Notes: generated by a model from the letters alone, not told the origin. DNA of 64,000 nucleotides from an uncultured Gammaproteobacteria bacterium (GCA_963807625.1 CAWECN010000016.1:69824-133823); one strand, 5' to 3'. Numbered from the stretch's first letter, positions 1 through 10,424 are shown. Numbers and translations: made by a program.

Positions 1-987
1 GATAATAATAGTGATGATTTCGAAGCGGATGAGCCGACACATTACAGTGTGGTCGATGATTCGGAAACACAGGTTACAGTACGCCTGTATTATAACTATA
101 GCCGTTCACAGCCACCTGTTAGCGGAGAAGAAGCACAGTTCTATGTTTCATGGAACGAGGCAGATAATGGAGATATCGAAGGCCGTATGATCATTGATGG
201 TGATGGTGTTGACTGGGATAATCATGATAGTGAAGATCCATCTATGATGCGCATGGATTTTTTCTATACGGACACGCAGCAAACAGCTGATATGTTTCTC
301 CAGTTTGATGATGATAACCTGTGGGCTGATGGCTTCAGAATTCAAATCGTAAAAGACCTTGATACGAATCCTCTACTCAAAGTCTTCGAAGCAAGGGGCC
401 TGATCGATATGAAAGCGCAGTTTGTACCGATTGCTACTATCCCGGAAATTCCAGATGTTCATCTTTATACGGTTGCAGATGCTTTAGGTAATGGTGCATC
501 GATTGCTGAATTCCAGGATATGTCACTACCGCTCGAGCTGAATGCAAATCTGGGTAATCACCTGGGCAACTATATTTTCACCAAAAAAGATGTGTATTTT
601 TTCGAACATGATATGGACTGGGAGTATATTCACAAGACAGTGCTTGCTTCAGAATACCGTGGTGCTCGTACGACACCGTCAACTGGCGGTACATGGCTAC
701 CTTTCGATCCTTCACTCGATCTTATAATCACCGCTTTCAGTCTTGACAGTGATTACTTCACCGGTTCCAAATGTGCTGCTATTGGTGATGATTGTGCTGA
801 CCTGCTAAATGCTGTATTTAGCTTTACCGGCGGATTTGCTGGCCAGGAAGAAAACCAGGGTGCTGATCCACTTGACTGGCGTTCGACTGCAATCAGCACT
901 GCTGATTACCTGACTACTGTTTATCCAAACGGTGTTGACTGGACGGGTGCATTTGAGCATAGTTTTACGCCGGGGGTGAATCCTTAA
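1..987 (+). CDS. Acidic hypothetical protein, 5' end outside window
   Basis: Frame of ORF 49..987 is open back to base 1; Asp-rich; no family recognised. Confidence 0.7.
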   Translation, partial: DNNSDDFEADEPTHYSVVDDSETQVTVRLYYNYSRSQPPVSGEEAQFYVSWNEADNGDIEGRMIIDGDGVDWDNHDSEDPSMMRMDFFYTDTQQTADMFLQFDDDNLWADGFRIQIVKDLDTNPLLKVFEARGLIDMKAQFVPIATIPEIPDVHLYTVADALGNGASIAEFQDMSLPLELNANLGNHLGNYIFTKKDVYFFEHDMDWEYIHKTVLASEYRGARTTPSTGGTWLPFDPSLDLIITAFSLDSDYFTGSKCAAIGDDCADLLNAVFSFTGGFAGQEENQGADPLDWRSTAISTADYLTTVYPNGVDWTGAFEHSFTPGVNP

Positions 988-1076
988 GGTTTGATACTCA
1001 TAACGATATTTAAGATATCGCATATAGATTCGAGATTACAAGGTGGTGTAATTTCCTAAAACTTGAACTTTTTACT

Positions 1077-1114
1077 CTAAATACCTGTCTTCTTTACTTG
1101 AAGGCAGGTATTTT
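1077..1114. terminator. Probable intrinsic terminator
   Basis: Hairpin aaaatacctgtct...aaggcaggtatttt downstream of ORF 1..987. Confidence 0.55.
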
Positions 1115-1203
1115 ATTGTCTGCAACATAATCACTTTTGATTTTTGTTAAAATACCTAATATCGTAGCCCGGTCAAAATCAAAACTTCTACAAAGAATTT
1201 CTT

Positions 1204-1593
1204 ATGGTTACTTATCTATACTGGTTTGGCATCATCGCCCTGGCATTGGGCCTTTTTTATTTTATTGGTTTGAAGATCGATGAGATTAAGATCGCGGCAA
1301 TTGCTGGTTTTTCTGTCTTGCTCATCGGTTTTGTGGCGTACCACTTTCATTTTCAGCAGGTATTCGTCAAGAGGTATGGTGGTGTGATGACCATAAAAGT
1401 CCCTGAAGGTGAAGTCCACCTGGCAGCAACATGGAAAGATGATAACCTGTGGATCGAAAACTATAACCCTGAAACGAATACCTGCCACTTCAGAGAGTAT
1501 TCACGCGGCAACCTGTTACAGGGCCAGGTGACCATTAAAAACTGTAATCCCCTGCTACGGCAACCTGCTGGCGCAGTACAATCTTATCAATAA
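1204..1593 (+). CDS. Hypothetical membrane protein (2 N-terminal TM helices)
   Basis: 129-aa ORF, two hydrophobic segments then a soluble domain with 2 Cys. Confidence 0.7.
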   Translation: MVTYLYWFGIIALALGLFYFIGLKIDEIKIAAIAGFSVLLIGFVAYHFHFQQVFVKRYGGVMTIKVPEGEVHLAATWKDDNLWIENYNPETNTCHFREYSRGNLLQGQVTIKNCNPLLRQPAGAVQSYQ

Positions 1594-1612
1594 CAACCTT
1601 CTGCTTATCTAT

Positions 1613-2566
1613 ATGATGTTGAGTTTTCAATTAATTGCTTTATTTAGAAAGTCATTTTTTTGCCTTTCTATATCGTTTCTGATTTTAGGTAATGTGCACG
1701 CGGCTGATAGTGACACAAAAACAAGATCACAGTTTAGTCGTGATGATTTCGCGCACTGGTTGGATGCTGCGTATATTGCAGATGCTACCTATAAATCCAG
1801 GCAGGATATCGAACAGGTACTGGTCTCACAAGGTTACACTCTTAATCATTTTAAACAGCTTGACGGTTATTCTGTCGGTTATGTCATTGCCACCAATGAT
1901 AAATTGAGACAGCATATCATCGCTGTGCGAGGTACTTCCAATGTTGAAAACGTTGTCGTTGATGCGGCATTTGTCCTGGTGCCAGACAAGATTACCGGTA
2001 TCGATATCCACCAGGGTTTTCTACTCTCGGCGAGAGATATATACCAGCAGATTCTGCCAGAATTGACTCCGGGTTATACGATCAACACCATAGGTCACAG
2101 CCTGGGCGGTGCAGCCGCTCTGATCATAGCTATGATGCTGGATGCGCATGGCCACTCGATCGGCGAAGTCATAACTTTTGGCCAGCCAAAAGTGACCAAT
2201 ATCTCAGGTACTCGAGCATTTAAGCACCTGGATGTGAAACGACTGGTTACCCCGAAAGATATCGTGCCACTCGTCCCGCCGCTTGACCCGATGGAGATGA
2301 TGAACCTGAGTATTTTCTGGCACCAGGGAACGGAGATCATCCTGTTCAAAAATAACCAGTATTCTGTACTGACAGGCATCGATAGCATGATACGTGCGAC
2401 TGACTTTTTAAATGATATGCCCAGTGAGCAGCATATAAATAACCACTTCATGTCGACCTATATCGCGCATCTTAAAAGCAAGCAGGATTCAGCAGAACAG
2501 ATCACGTATAAAAGTGATTTTAAATTTTCAGACTGGTTCAGTCCTTCTTCGAGTAAAGTTAAATAG
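1613..2566 (+). CDS. Secreted class 3 lipase
   Basis: Signal peptide; AVRGT, IHQGF, GHSLGG nucleophile elbow, TFGQPKV, DIVPLVPP, C-terminal His. Confidence 0.9.
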   Translation: MMLSFQLIALFRKSFFCLSISFLILGNVHAADSDTKTRSQFSRDDFAHWLDAAYIADATYKSRQDIEQVLVSQGYTLNHFKQLDGYSVGYVIATNDKLRQHIIAVRGTSNVENVVVDAAFVLVPDKITGIDIHQGFLLSARDIYQQILPELTPGYTINTIGHSLGGAAALIIAMMLDAHGHSIGEVITFGQPKVTNISGTRAFKHLDVKRLVTPKDIVPLVPPLDPMEMMNLSIFWHQGTEIILFKNNQYSVLTGIDSMIRATDFLNDMPSEQHINNHFMSTYIAHLKSKQDSAEQITYKSDFKFSDWFSPSSSKVK

Positions 2567-2736
2567 AAAAATCCAGTGTAATCAGGGTGTTCAAGGCGTC
2601 CGGTCAAATCATGGTATCGTCTACACTTTTTACTGGAACAACACCTGATACAAGGCTAATATAGGAAACCCGATGCCAGCCAATAAAATATTGGCTGGTA
2701 GATACAATCATAATCTTATTTGGAGTACAGAGAATA

Positions 2737-3429
2737 ATGAGCGTAAAGAAATTATCAATTGCAGCATTGACCTTTGCTTTTAGTACATGCACTTTCACTG
2801 CGCAGGCCAATAACGATAGCGGGCGTACCTGGGCACCAGGTCAGCCAGCTAACCCATACTGGCAGGCGCCTAGCTGGCCTGATCGTAATGCACAACGTCC
2901 CGCGCCCTCCGCGCCTCCAGTAAACAACTCAGGTTATCCGGGAAATAATTACCCACAGTACAATACTGACAGTAACACACCGCCTCCTCCGACAGGCCCT
3001 TATAGAGGCACCCCCGCACCTCGTAATCCTGCCCCTGCACAACGCCAGGTGCAGCGAACTGAACCTTATTACAGGGGCGCTCCAGCGCCACGGCCACCTG
3101 CTGGATATAACGGACCATCAGCATTTTATACTCCAGGTTATAACCCATACAGAGACAACCGCAGAAGCAATAATCGCTGGGGTGGTAACAAGTTCTGGGG
3201 AAAAAGCGGTCCAAGTTCATGGATGAGCCCGAGTAAGAACAACTGGGAGAATAGCTGGGACGATATGATCAATTCGCCGAGCCGTATGGGTGAGATGCCT
3301 GGCGGCTGGACGGCGCCTGAAGTCTCAGTACCCAACCCGATAGACATGGGTGACCAGATGCAGGACAACGCACAGGATCTGCCTTCTCAGATGAAAGATG
3401 GGAATATCGGTAATGACGTTTCGAACTAG
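2737..3429 (+). CDS. Secreted Pro/Asn/Tyr-rich low-complexity protein
   Basis: Signal peptide ending AQA; Pro-rich middle; Trp/Met-rich C-terminus; followed by terminator. Confidence 0.75.
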   Translation: MSVKKLSIAALTFAFSTCTFTAQANNDSGRTWAPGQPANPYWQAPSWPDRNAQRPAPSAPPVNNSGYPGNNYPQYNTDSNTPPPPTGPYRGTPAPRNPAPAQRQVQRTEPYYRGAPAPRPPAGYNGPSAFYTPGYNPYRDNRRSNNRWGGNKFWGKSGPSSWMSPSKNNWENSWDDMINSPSRMGEMPGGWTAPEVSVPNPIDMGDQMQDNAQDLPSQMKDGNIGNDVSN

Positions 3430-3449
3430 ATAATGATTGTCAGCATCTG

Positions 3450-3480
3450 AAAAAAACCCTGCCTTGCAGGGTTTTTTTTT
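3450..3480 (+). terminator. Intrinsic terminator
   Basis: aaaaaaaccctgc-ctt-gcagggttttttttt. Confidence 0.85.
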
Positions 3481-3816
3481 CGTGTAGGTTCATTTGCCGA
3501 AGAATGCGCAGCATATATTTTTCTATATATGTCTATCCAAGGAGATAATTCAGTTATATGCTGAGATAATCCATTAAATACTTTAAATACAGTAACATAT
3601 ATCTTTTATTGAATGTATTACATTACATGTTGTCAGTTATTGTTGTCTAGAAAAAATCCAACAATAAACAGATATTTAGTCTATTCTTATCTTTCTGAAA
3701 CAACATCTTTTCAGTTGTAACGCACCCAAAATGTAAATGAGTTTTTTGCGTACTTAAATTATTACAGCAAGTATTAATTTGTAATAGGTAATTGGTAAAA
3801 ATAATTTTGCATTTCT

Positions 3817-5901
3817 ATGTTTAAAAAATTCACACAATTAGATTCTGACTTGTTGCAAAAACAGGTCAATCCTCTTTTTGAAGCGACACGATCAGGTGGA
3901 TTAGCGAACATATTTGCAGCATGGCTAGTGTATGCGCTTTTATTTGGTACACACCACCAGGAAAATGCGTTGTTGCTGAGTATCGCTGTCACATTCCTAT
4001 CGGTTGTTCGTATTCTATTTTCAGATGAATATCTACGAGTGTGTAGTAAGAATGTTAAATTATATCTTGGAATTCATCTCTCTCTAACATTTGTCATAGG
4101 TATTGCATGGGGTTTGTTTGCACTTATGCAATCAGCACATGATGATTCAGTTATCAGAAATATGGTTTTCCTGATTAACTTTGGGATGATCGCAGGTAGT
4201 CTCGCGACACTATCGATATGGGTGCCTGCATATGTCGCTTATATAACACCTCAAGCAGTCTGTATCTTTGCTGTATTGGCAATTCAGAATAATAGTATCA
4301 GTTCATACATGGCCGCCGCATTTTTTGTATTTATTATAATAATGATATCTACCAGTCTAAAAGTAAGCCGTGGCCATAAGCGCGAGATGCTGCTCAATTT
4401 AAAAAATAAAGAACTGATCAACGATCTTAATGATGAAGTAATTAACAGAACACGCACACAGGTCTTATTAGAAGATAGTAAGCGCGATCTCGAAGATAAG
4501 GTAAGAGCAAGAACGATACAACTGGAAAACATTAATGAATCCCTGGTAAAAGAGATCTCAGACAAGGAAAAGGCCGAAGAAAGCCTCGAGTATATCGCTT
4601 ATCATGATGAGCTCACCAATCTGCCAAACAGGAACCTGCTGATCGACCGTATTAATGACACCATCGAGACGGCACATCGCAACAATGAAAAACTGGGCAT
4701 CCTGTTCCTTGACCTTGACCGGTTCAAGGCTATCAATGACAGCCTGGGCCACCATATCGGTGATAAATTAATTCAGGAAGTTGCTAAACGTCTACTACAT
4801 ACATTACGTAAGGAAGACACCATCTCACGTAATGGCGGTGATGAATTTGTCGTTGTCATAAAACGTATGCAGAATAGCGACGAAGCAATTTTGATCGCCC
4901 AGAAGCTGATCGAGAACCTGACAAACATATTCGAGATCGATTCACATAAGATACATATCGGCGCCAGTATCGGTATTAGTGTCTACCCAAATGATGGGGA
5001 ATCAGCTGTAGAACTGGTCAGAAATGCTGATACAGCAATGTTTAATGCTAAAAAGAGTGGCGGTAACCGTTTGCAATTCTATGATGAAAGCATGTCAAAC
5101 AGATTACGTGAGCGCCTTATCCTGGAAAATGAACTGCATACGGCCCTTGAACGGGATGAATTCCATATGGCTTACCAGCCGCAGGTTAACTGTTTGACGG
5201 GGCAAACAGTTGGTTTTGAGGCACTTCTCCGCTGGTCCAATAAAAACCTCGGTACTATCGGTCCTGACCAGTTTGTACCACTGCTCGAAGAAACTGGCTT
5301 GATCTATTCTGTCGGCAAATGGGTCATTAAAGAGGTGATCGAGTTTGTACGATCAGGCAAGACCAGAGATCTTTCGATTTCGATAAATCTATCAGCACTT
5401 CAATGTGGTGATATTGCTCTGGTAGATTTTATTAATAATGAGATCATTACATCAGGCATCAACCCTGCCTGTATTGAATTTGAGATAACGGAATCTCTAC
5501 TGATAAATGATTTTGAAACCACCGAAGTTTTTTTGAGTGAGCTAAATAAGTCTGGCTGTTCGATCGCATTAGATGATTTTGGTACAGGTTATACTTCGAT
5601 GAGCTACCTAACCCGACTGCCGATCGATTGCATTAAAGTTGACCAGAGCTTTATCAGCAATATCGATAGTAATATGACTCTCGAAAACATCGTAAAAGCT
5701 ATCGTGAATATGAGCACTAGCCTCGGTATGAAAAATGTTTTTGAAGGCGTTGAGACAGAAGCTGAACTCGATAAGATCAAACAGCTAAATGGCGTCATCG
5801 TGCAGGGCTACCTCTATAGCAAGCCACTTGATGTGCATGGTGTTCTTAACTGGCTGGCTGCTGACAGGTTGAACATCACTCAACAGCACGCTAAATATTA
5901 G
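3817..5901 (+). CDS. Membrane-anchored diguanylate cyclase/phosphodiesterase (TM-coiled coil-GGDEF-EAL)
   Basis: About 5 TM helices; HDELTNLPNR, RKED I-site, GGDEF, FEALLRW, DDFGTG. Confidence 0.92.
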   Translation: MFKKFTQLDSDLLQKQVNPLFEATRSGGLANIFAAWLVYALLFGTHHQENALLLSIAVTFLSVVRILFSDEYLRVCSKNVKLYLGIHLSLTFVIGIAWGLFALMQSAHDDSVIRNMVFLINFGMIAGSLATLSIWVPAYVAYITPQAVCIFAVLAIQNNSISSYMAAAFFVFIIIMISTSLKVSRGHKREMLLNLKNKELINDLNDEVINRTRTQVLLEDSKRDLEDKVRARTIQLENINESLVKEISDKEKAEESLEYIAYHDELTNLPNRNLLIDRINDTIETAHRNNEKLGILFLDLDRFKAINDSLGHHIGDKLIQEVAKRLLHTLRKEDTISRNGGDEFVVVIKRMQNSDEAILIAQKLIENLTNIFEIDSHKIHIGASIGISVYPNDGESAVELVRNADTAMFNAKKSGGNRLQFYDESMSNRLRERLILENELHTALERDEFHMAYQPQVNCLTGQTVGFEALLRWSNKNLGTIGPDQFVPLLEETGLIYSVGKWVIKEVIEFVRSGKTRDLSISINLSALQCGDIALVDFINNEIITSGINPACIEFEITESLLINDFETTEVFLSELNKSGCSIALDDFGTGYTSMSYLTRLPIDCIKVDQSFISNIDSNMTLENIVKAIVNMSTSLGMKNVFEGVETEAELDKIKQLNGVIVQGYLYSKPLDVHGVLNWLAADRLNITQQHAKY

Positions 5902-5904
5902 TGT

Positions 5905-7113
5905 TTAACCAACACTGGCCTTTAACACCATTATCGCGTTCAAACCACCAAAAGCAAAGGAGTTGGATATAGCAACATCGACTTTTTGCTGGCGTGGATC
6001 ATTCGCTACATAGTCCAGATCACATTCCTCATCCACTTCAGTTATATTAACCGTGGGTGGAATCAAGCCGTGATGTATCGTCAGTGCTGTAGCAATGAGC
6101 TCTATTGCACTGGATGCACCCAAAGCATGACCGTGCATAGACTTGGTAGATGACACTGCAAGATCTTTGGCATGATCGCCAAAGACCTGGTGGAGTGCCT
6201 GCGTCTCAGCCAGATCATTTGATTGCGTTCCTGTACCGTGTGCATTGACATAGTCTACGTCTTCAATATTCATATCGGCATTCTGTAGCGCGTTTTTAAT
6301 TGTTTGCGCGATATTATCGACATCCGGGCGAGTGATGTGTCCGGCATCTGATGACATAGCATAACCGGCAATTTCTGCATAGATTCGTGCACCACGCTGT
6401 TTAGCATGTTCTTCAGATTCGAGTACCAGGATACCGGCACCCTCAGCCAGGCTCATGCCGTTACGATTTTTACTGAAAGGACGGCATACATCGTTCGAAA
6501 CCACACGCATAGCATCCCAGGCTTTTAATAAACCATAGGGAAACGGTGCATCGGTAGCGCCAACCACGGCCACATCAACCAGACCTAGTTGAATCATCAT
6601 GCTGGCCTGAATAATCGCATGTGCTCCTGATGAACATGCGCTTGCAACAGAGAATACTGGGCCTTTTATACCCAGGTGTTTACTTACACTGCTCGCCACC
6701 GCACTGTGCATACCCTTGGGAATCGAGAGTGGGTGAACTCGTGGACGATTATTTTTATAGAGTTTTTTATAGCCTTCTTCATCAGTGTGCTTGCCACCAC
6801 CGCCACTGCCTATTATTGCAGCAGCATTAAGAAGGCATTCATCGTTTTCCAATCCAGCATCAATGACTGCCTGATTAGCAGCCAATATAGCCAATTGTGA
6901 AAACCTGTCTAACAGGGGAAGTTCATCAGCAGAAAATAGTTCAGTTTCATCGTAATCAGGCACTCTTGCGCCGATAGAAATTTTTACACCTTCTAATGGT
7001 GTAAAAGGTTTAATGGCACAATGACCGTTACTGATACCTTGCCAAAACTCATCCAGGGTTAAACCAAATGCTGAAACAACACCCAGACCAGTGATCATTA
7101 CTCGGTGACTCAT
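5905..7113 (-). CDS. Beta-ketoacyl-ACP synthase, FabF/NodE-like
   Basis: ASACSSG active Cys, NAHGTGT, KSMHGHALGAS, SNSFAFGG; LLKAWDAMRVV..DVCRPFS resembles NodE. Confidence 0.9.
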   Translation of the reverse strand: MSHRVMITGLGVVSAFGLTLDEFWQGISNGHCAIKPFTPLEGVKISIGARVPDYDETELFSADELPLLDRFSQLAILAANQAVIDAGLENDECLLNAAAIIGSGGGGKHTDEEGYKKLYKNNRPRVHPLSIPKGMHSAVASSVSKHLGIKGPVFSVASACSSGAHAIIQASMMIQLGLVDVAVVGATDAPFPYGLLKAWDAMRVVSNDVCRPFSKNRNGMSLAEGAGILVLESEEHAKQRGARIYAEIAGYAMSSDAGHITRPDVDNIAQTIKNALQNADMNIEDVDYVNAHGTGTQSNDLAETQALHQVFGDHAKDLAVSSTKSMHGHALGASSAIELIATALTIHHGLIPPTVNITEVDEECDLDYVANDPRQQKVDVAISNSFAFGGLNAIMVLKASVG

Positions 7114-7138
7114 TGTATTAGGCTCGACTAAAAGTTTT

Positions 7139-7366
7139 TTAGTGATGAATGCCTTTCAACCTGTTCACGATGTCACTAACTGTGACGATGGAAGGAATAA
7201 CTTCATTTGGAATTTCGACATCAAATGCTTCTTCAAGCTCGAATATGACGGTAATCGCTTTTAGAGAGTCTATTCCCAGTGTCATCAATTCAGACTCTGG
7301 TTTAATGTCTTCTATTTTACAGTGGGAAATTGTGGCAATAATTTGTGCTACTTTATTAAAAATCAT
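7139..7366 (-). CDS. Acyl carrier protein (NodF-like)
   Basis: LGIDSL phosphopantetheine site, ELEEAFDVEIP; directly upstream of the KS. Confidence 0.9.
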   Translation of the reverse strand: MIFNKVAQIIATISHCKIEDIKPESELMTLGIDSLKAITVIFELEEAFDVEIPNEVIPSIVTVSDIVNRLKGIHH

Positions 7367-7640
7367 AGTTTTACTTCAGGTAATAGTTATTTAATAACGT
7401 ATAGCCTATCAACTGAGTTGCTCACAAGATAACTAAATCCCGCCTAGTCCATTAACATCCATAGAGCCTATTCCTTTCAGTACGCAGAAAATAAATCAAT
7501 ACAGCATGTACTAATAGAATCTCTTAATAATACGTATTTAACGGACATTCGTCCATGATTTTTTTCATATATTTCAAGTAGATTGTAAATATTATTAAAA
7601 TAAAAATTAATTTGCTGTTTTAAGTAAAAATTGCCAATAT

Positions 7641-8732
7641 ATGGGTGCAACTTATATCGATTTTATAATAATAAAGGTAAATCCAGTGAAGATTGACCAT
7701 GAAGTAGCTGCCGAAGAGCAGGTAAAAGAACCCGAGAGCAAAGCCAGCAGTACATATAAAGAATATACTCAGTTCAGTACGCGCTATGACCCTGATACCA
7801 GTGCTATCTGGTGCTGGATGCAGCCGGAGCCGCGCCCTTGCCTGAATACCACGCTTATCGATGAGCTTGTACAACTGCAATATCAGCTCACCACCACATA
7901 CAAAACTCAACATCCGGATAACATCTGGCCGTTCCGCCATCTCATCCTGGCGTCTAAAACACCCGGCATCTACAATCTTGGTGGTGATCTTGGCTTGTTT
8001 AAACAATGTATCGTAAATCGTCAGATCGAAAGGCTGAGAAACTATGCATATAAGTGTATTAATTTACTGCACAGTAACATCGATAACCTCGACCTGCCGA
8101 TCACCACCGTTTCTCTGATACAGGGTCAGGCCCTGGGCGGTGGTTTTGAAATGGCTCTGTCCAGTGATGTCATCGTTGCTGAGCGAAGCTCAAAGATGGG
8201 ATTCCCGGAGATCCTGTTTAATCTTTTTCCCGGCATGGGTGCGTATAACCTTCTCACTCGCAGGATTGGATCAGCACTAGCAGAACGGATTATCCTCAGT
8301 GGCAAGACATATACTGCTGAAGAACTCTATGATATGGGGGTAATCGATGTGTTGGCTAAAGATGGTGAGGGTGAACAGGCGATAGAAGATTATTTAAAGA
8401 GTCATAACCAGTCACATAATACTATCCGTTCGATCAAAAAGATCCGTCAGATCGTGCACCCTATCACGCGTCAGAATCTGTCTGATATCGTCGATATCTG
8501 GGTCGACGCTGCCATGGACCTGAGCGACAAAGACCTGGCAAAAATGGAACGTCTATTACATCTTCAAAAAGATATGAAAGACAGTAAAACTATCGAACAG
8601 CAGAATAATGTTTTAAAGTCACGCCGAGGAGACTGGCGTAAGATCAGTGATGTAAGCTTTCCCCTGATCACCCATCTCGGTGAAAACGTTTCGCGTAACA
8701 GAAGAAAGAACCAGAGTCGAAGACGGGATTAG
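7641..8732 (+). CDS. rpfF: RpfF-type crotonase (DSF synthase-like enoyl-CoA hydratase/thioesterase) with C-terminal extension
   Basis: PRPCL, NLGGDL, QGQALGGGFE and GFPEILFNLFPGMGAY with both catalytic Glu; true start may be GTG 7686. Confidence 0.82.
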   Translation: MGATYIDFIIIKVNPVKIDHEVAAEEQVKEPESKASSTYKEYTQFSTRYDPDTSAIWCWMQPEPRPCLNTTLIDELVQLQYQLTTTYKTQHPDNIWPFRHLILASKTPGIYNLGGDLGLFKQCIVNRQIERLRNYAYKCINLLHSNIDNLDLPITTVSLIQGQALGGGFEMALSSDVIVAERSSKMGFPEILFNLFPGMGAYNLLTRRIGSALAERIILSGKTYTAEELYDMGVIDVLAKDGEGEQAIEDYLKSHNQSHNTIRSIKKIRQIVHPITRQNLSDIVDIWVDAAMDLSDKDLAKMERLLHLQKDMKDSKTIEQQNNVLKSRRGDWRKISDVSFPLITHLGENVSRNRRKNQSRRRD

Positions 8733-8778
8733 AATAATCAACTGTCTATAAGGTATTACCTGGGCAAGGGAGCGATGG

Positions 8779-9531
8779 ATGTTTAAATTCATAAAAAACC
8801 TCATTGTATTGCCCATCACCTGGCTTTTGCTCATCATCCTGAGTGTCATACTGTACGTACTATCGCATCTGCCACGAACATTTTCTGGACGTTACTACCA
8901 TTTCCTCGCCCGTTTCTGGTGCCGCCTCTTCGTAAAGTCATTAGACGTTGATCTAAAGCTGATTCATAAAAACATACAACCATTGCCTGAGCAGTTCATC
9001 CTGATAGCAAACCACCCGTCGGCACTGGAAGACTTTGCTGTCCCGGCCCTGTTTGACATCTATCCACTTGCCAAGGCCGGTGTCCGAGACTGGTTAGTTC
9101 TTGGACGCATCAGTGATTATGCTGGAACGATCTATGTTGCCCGGAGCAGCGCGAGTTCTCGTCAGGCGGCTAAGGAGGCACTGTCTGAAGCGGTGAAATC
9201 TGGTAAGAATATCGTTATATTCCCCGAAGGCGGCTGCAAAGGTGCTCGTATATTCGAGAAGTTTCATACTGGTGCATTTGAGATATCGTTACAGACAGGC
9301 ATACCGATCTTGCCAGTGTTTCTGCAATATATCGATCAGCAAGCTTTTGTATGGCAGGATGAGCCTCTGGTTAAAAAGCTTTGGCAGATATTTAAATCAG
9401 ATAATAACCAGGTCAATTATTATGTTTTTGATGCCATCCGGTCAGATGGTTTTAACGATAGAGAAAGTTTCGCAGAACACGCGCACTCTTTATACCTGCA
9501 ATGGCAGAAAGAATACCTTGATAGTTTATGA
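8779..9531 (+). CDS. Lysophospholipid acyltransferase (PlsC family)
   Basis: NHPSALED (NHxxxxD-type) and IFPEG motifs; N-terminal TM. Confidence 0.88.
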   Translation: MFKFIKNLIVLPITWLLLIILSVILYVLSHLPRTFSGRYYHFLARFWCRLFVKSLDVDLKLIHKNIQPLPEQFILIANHPSALEDFAVPALFDIYPLAKAGVRDWLVLGRISDYAGTIYVARSSASSRQAAKEALSEAVKSGKNIVIFPEGGCKGARIFEKFHTGAFEISLQTGIPILPVFLQYIDQQAFVWQDEPLVKKLWQIFKSDNNQVNYYVFDAIRSDGFNDRESFAEHAHSLYLQWQKEYLDSL

Positions 9532-9611
9532 TGCTGAGTACTTCGTAGTATCACAGTATGACTGTCTGAGCATCACTCAGGACTCGTCCTTGAGTCGATA
9601 GTGTCTACTTA

Positions 9612-10424
9612 CTACTCTGCGATAGCTGTGAGCTTGGCGTTGCCGAACCACTTGAGTGTCAGGGCTGTGGTTACACCGACATTTTCAGCACGAACCAGGA
9701 AGTTCTCAGCCAGGTTAACGAATAGTGGATCATTCGCTGGTAATGCGATTCCAATAGGCTCATATGTCAGCAGTGAAACCACTGATTGGAAACCACTGTC
9801 AGGGTAACGTTTCATCACGCTCAAACAGATCGGGAAATCTGTAAGCATGGCTTTAGCTTTACCGTTTGCGACCAGGTTTGTGCCTTCATCGGCATCTGCA
9901 ACCGGTATACGTTTGAGTTCCGGTAGCAGCTCTTTTACAAAGTTTTCACTGGTGGTACCTTTGACCACGGCCATCGTCAGGTCAGCCTCTTTTAAGTCGG
10001 CCGCTTCGTCAGCTTTAGCCATGGTCTCTTCTTTAGTGATCAGACATTTTCCTGAAACAAAATACGGGCCGACAAAAGCAACACGCATATTTCTATCTAC
10101 AGTCATCGTCATATTTGATAGCACGATATCGACCTTGCCACTTTCCAGGGCCGGTATCAGTTCTTCGAATGGTAGAACTTTTGTTACCAGTTCTACATCC
10201 ATGCTTTCAGCGAGAGCATTTGCCATATCGATATCGTAACCGATGACCTCACCAGTCATGGTCTTTTCAGACATGAGCGGCATGGTTCCCGATGTACCGA
10301 GAACCAGTTTCCCAGATTTCTGAATACGAGATAGTACCGGTGAATTATCAGCAGCATATACGGTACTGCTGATGACGAAGAATAATGTTGTACAAGCAAG
10401 TATTAAACGTGCAGGATATTTCAT
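9612..10424 (-). CDS. Amino-acid ABC-type periplasmic binding protein (family 3)
   Basis: Signal peptide; GYDID, LIPALESGKVDIVLSNMTMTVDR, KGTTSE. Confidence 0.88.
   Translation of the reverse strand: MKYPARLILACTTLFFVISSTVYAADNSPVLSRIQKSGKLVLGTSGTMPLMSEKTMTGEVIGYDIDMANALAESMDVELVTKVLPFEELIPALESGKVDIVLSNMTMTVDRNMRVAFVGPYFVSGKCLITKEETMAKADEAADLKEADLTMAVVKGTTSENFVKELLPELKRIPVADADEGTNLVANGKAKAMLTDFPICLSVMKRYPDSGFQSVVSLLTYEPIGIALPANDPLFVNLAENFLVRAENVGVTTALTLKWFGNAKLTAIAE

Noticed and set aside
3817-5901. Calling this gene rpfR
   Set aside because: Lacks the FI and PAS domains of RpfR; N-terminus is transmembrane
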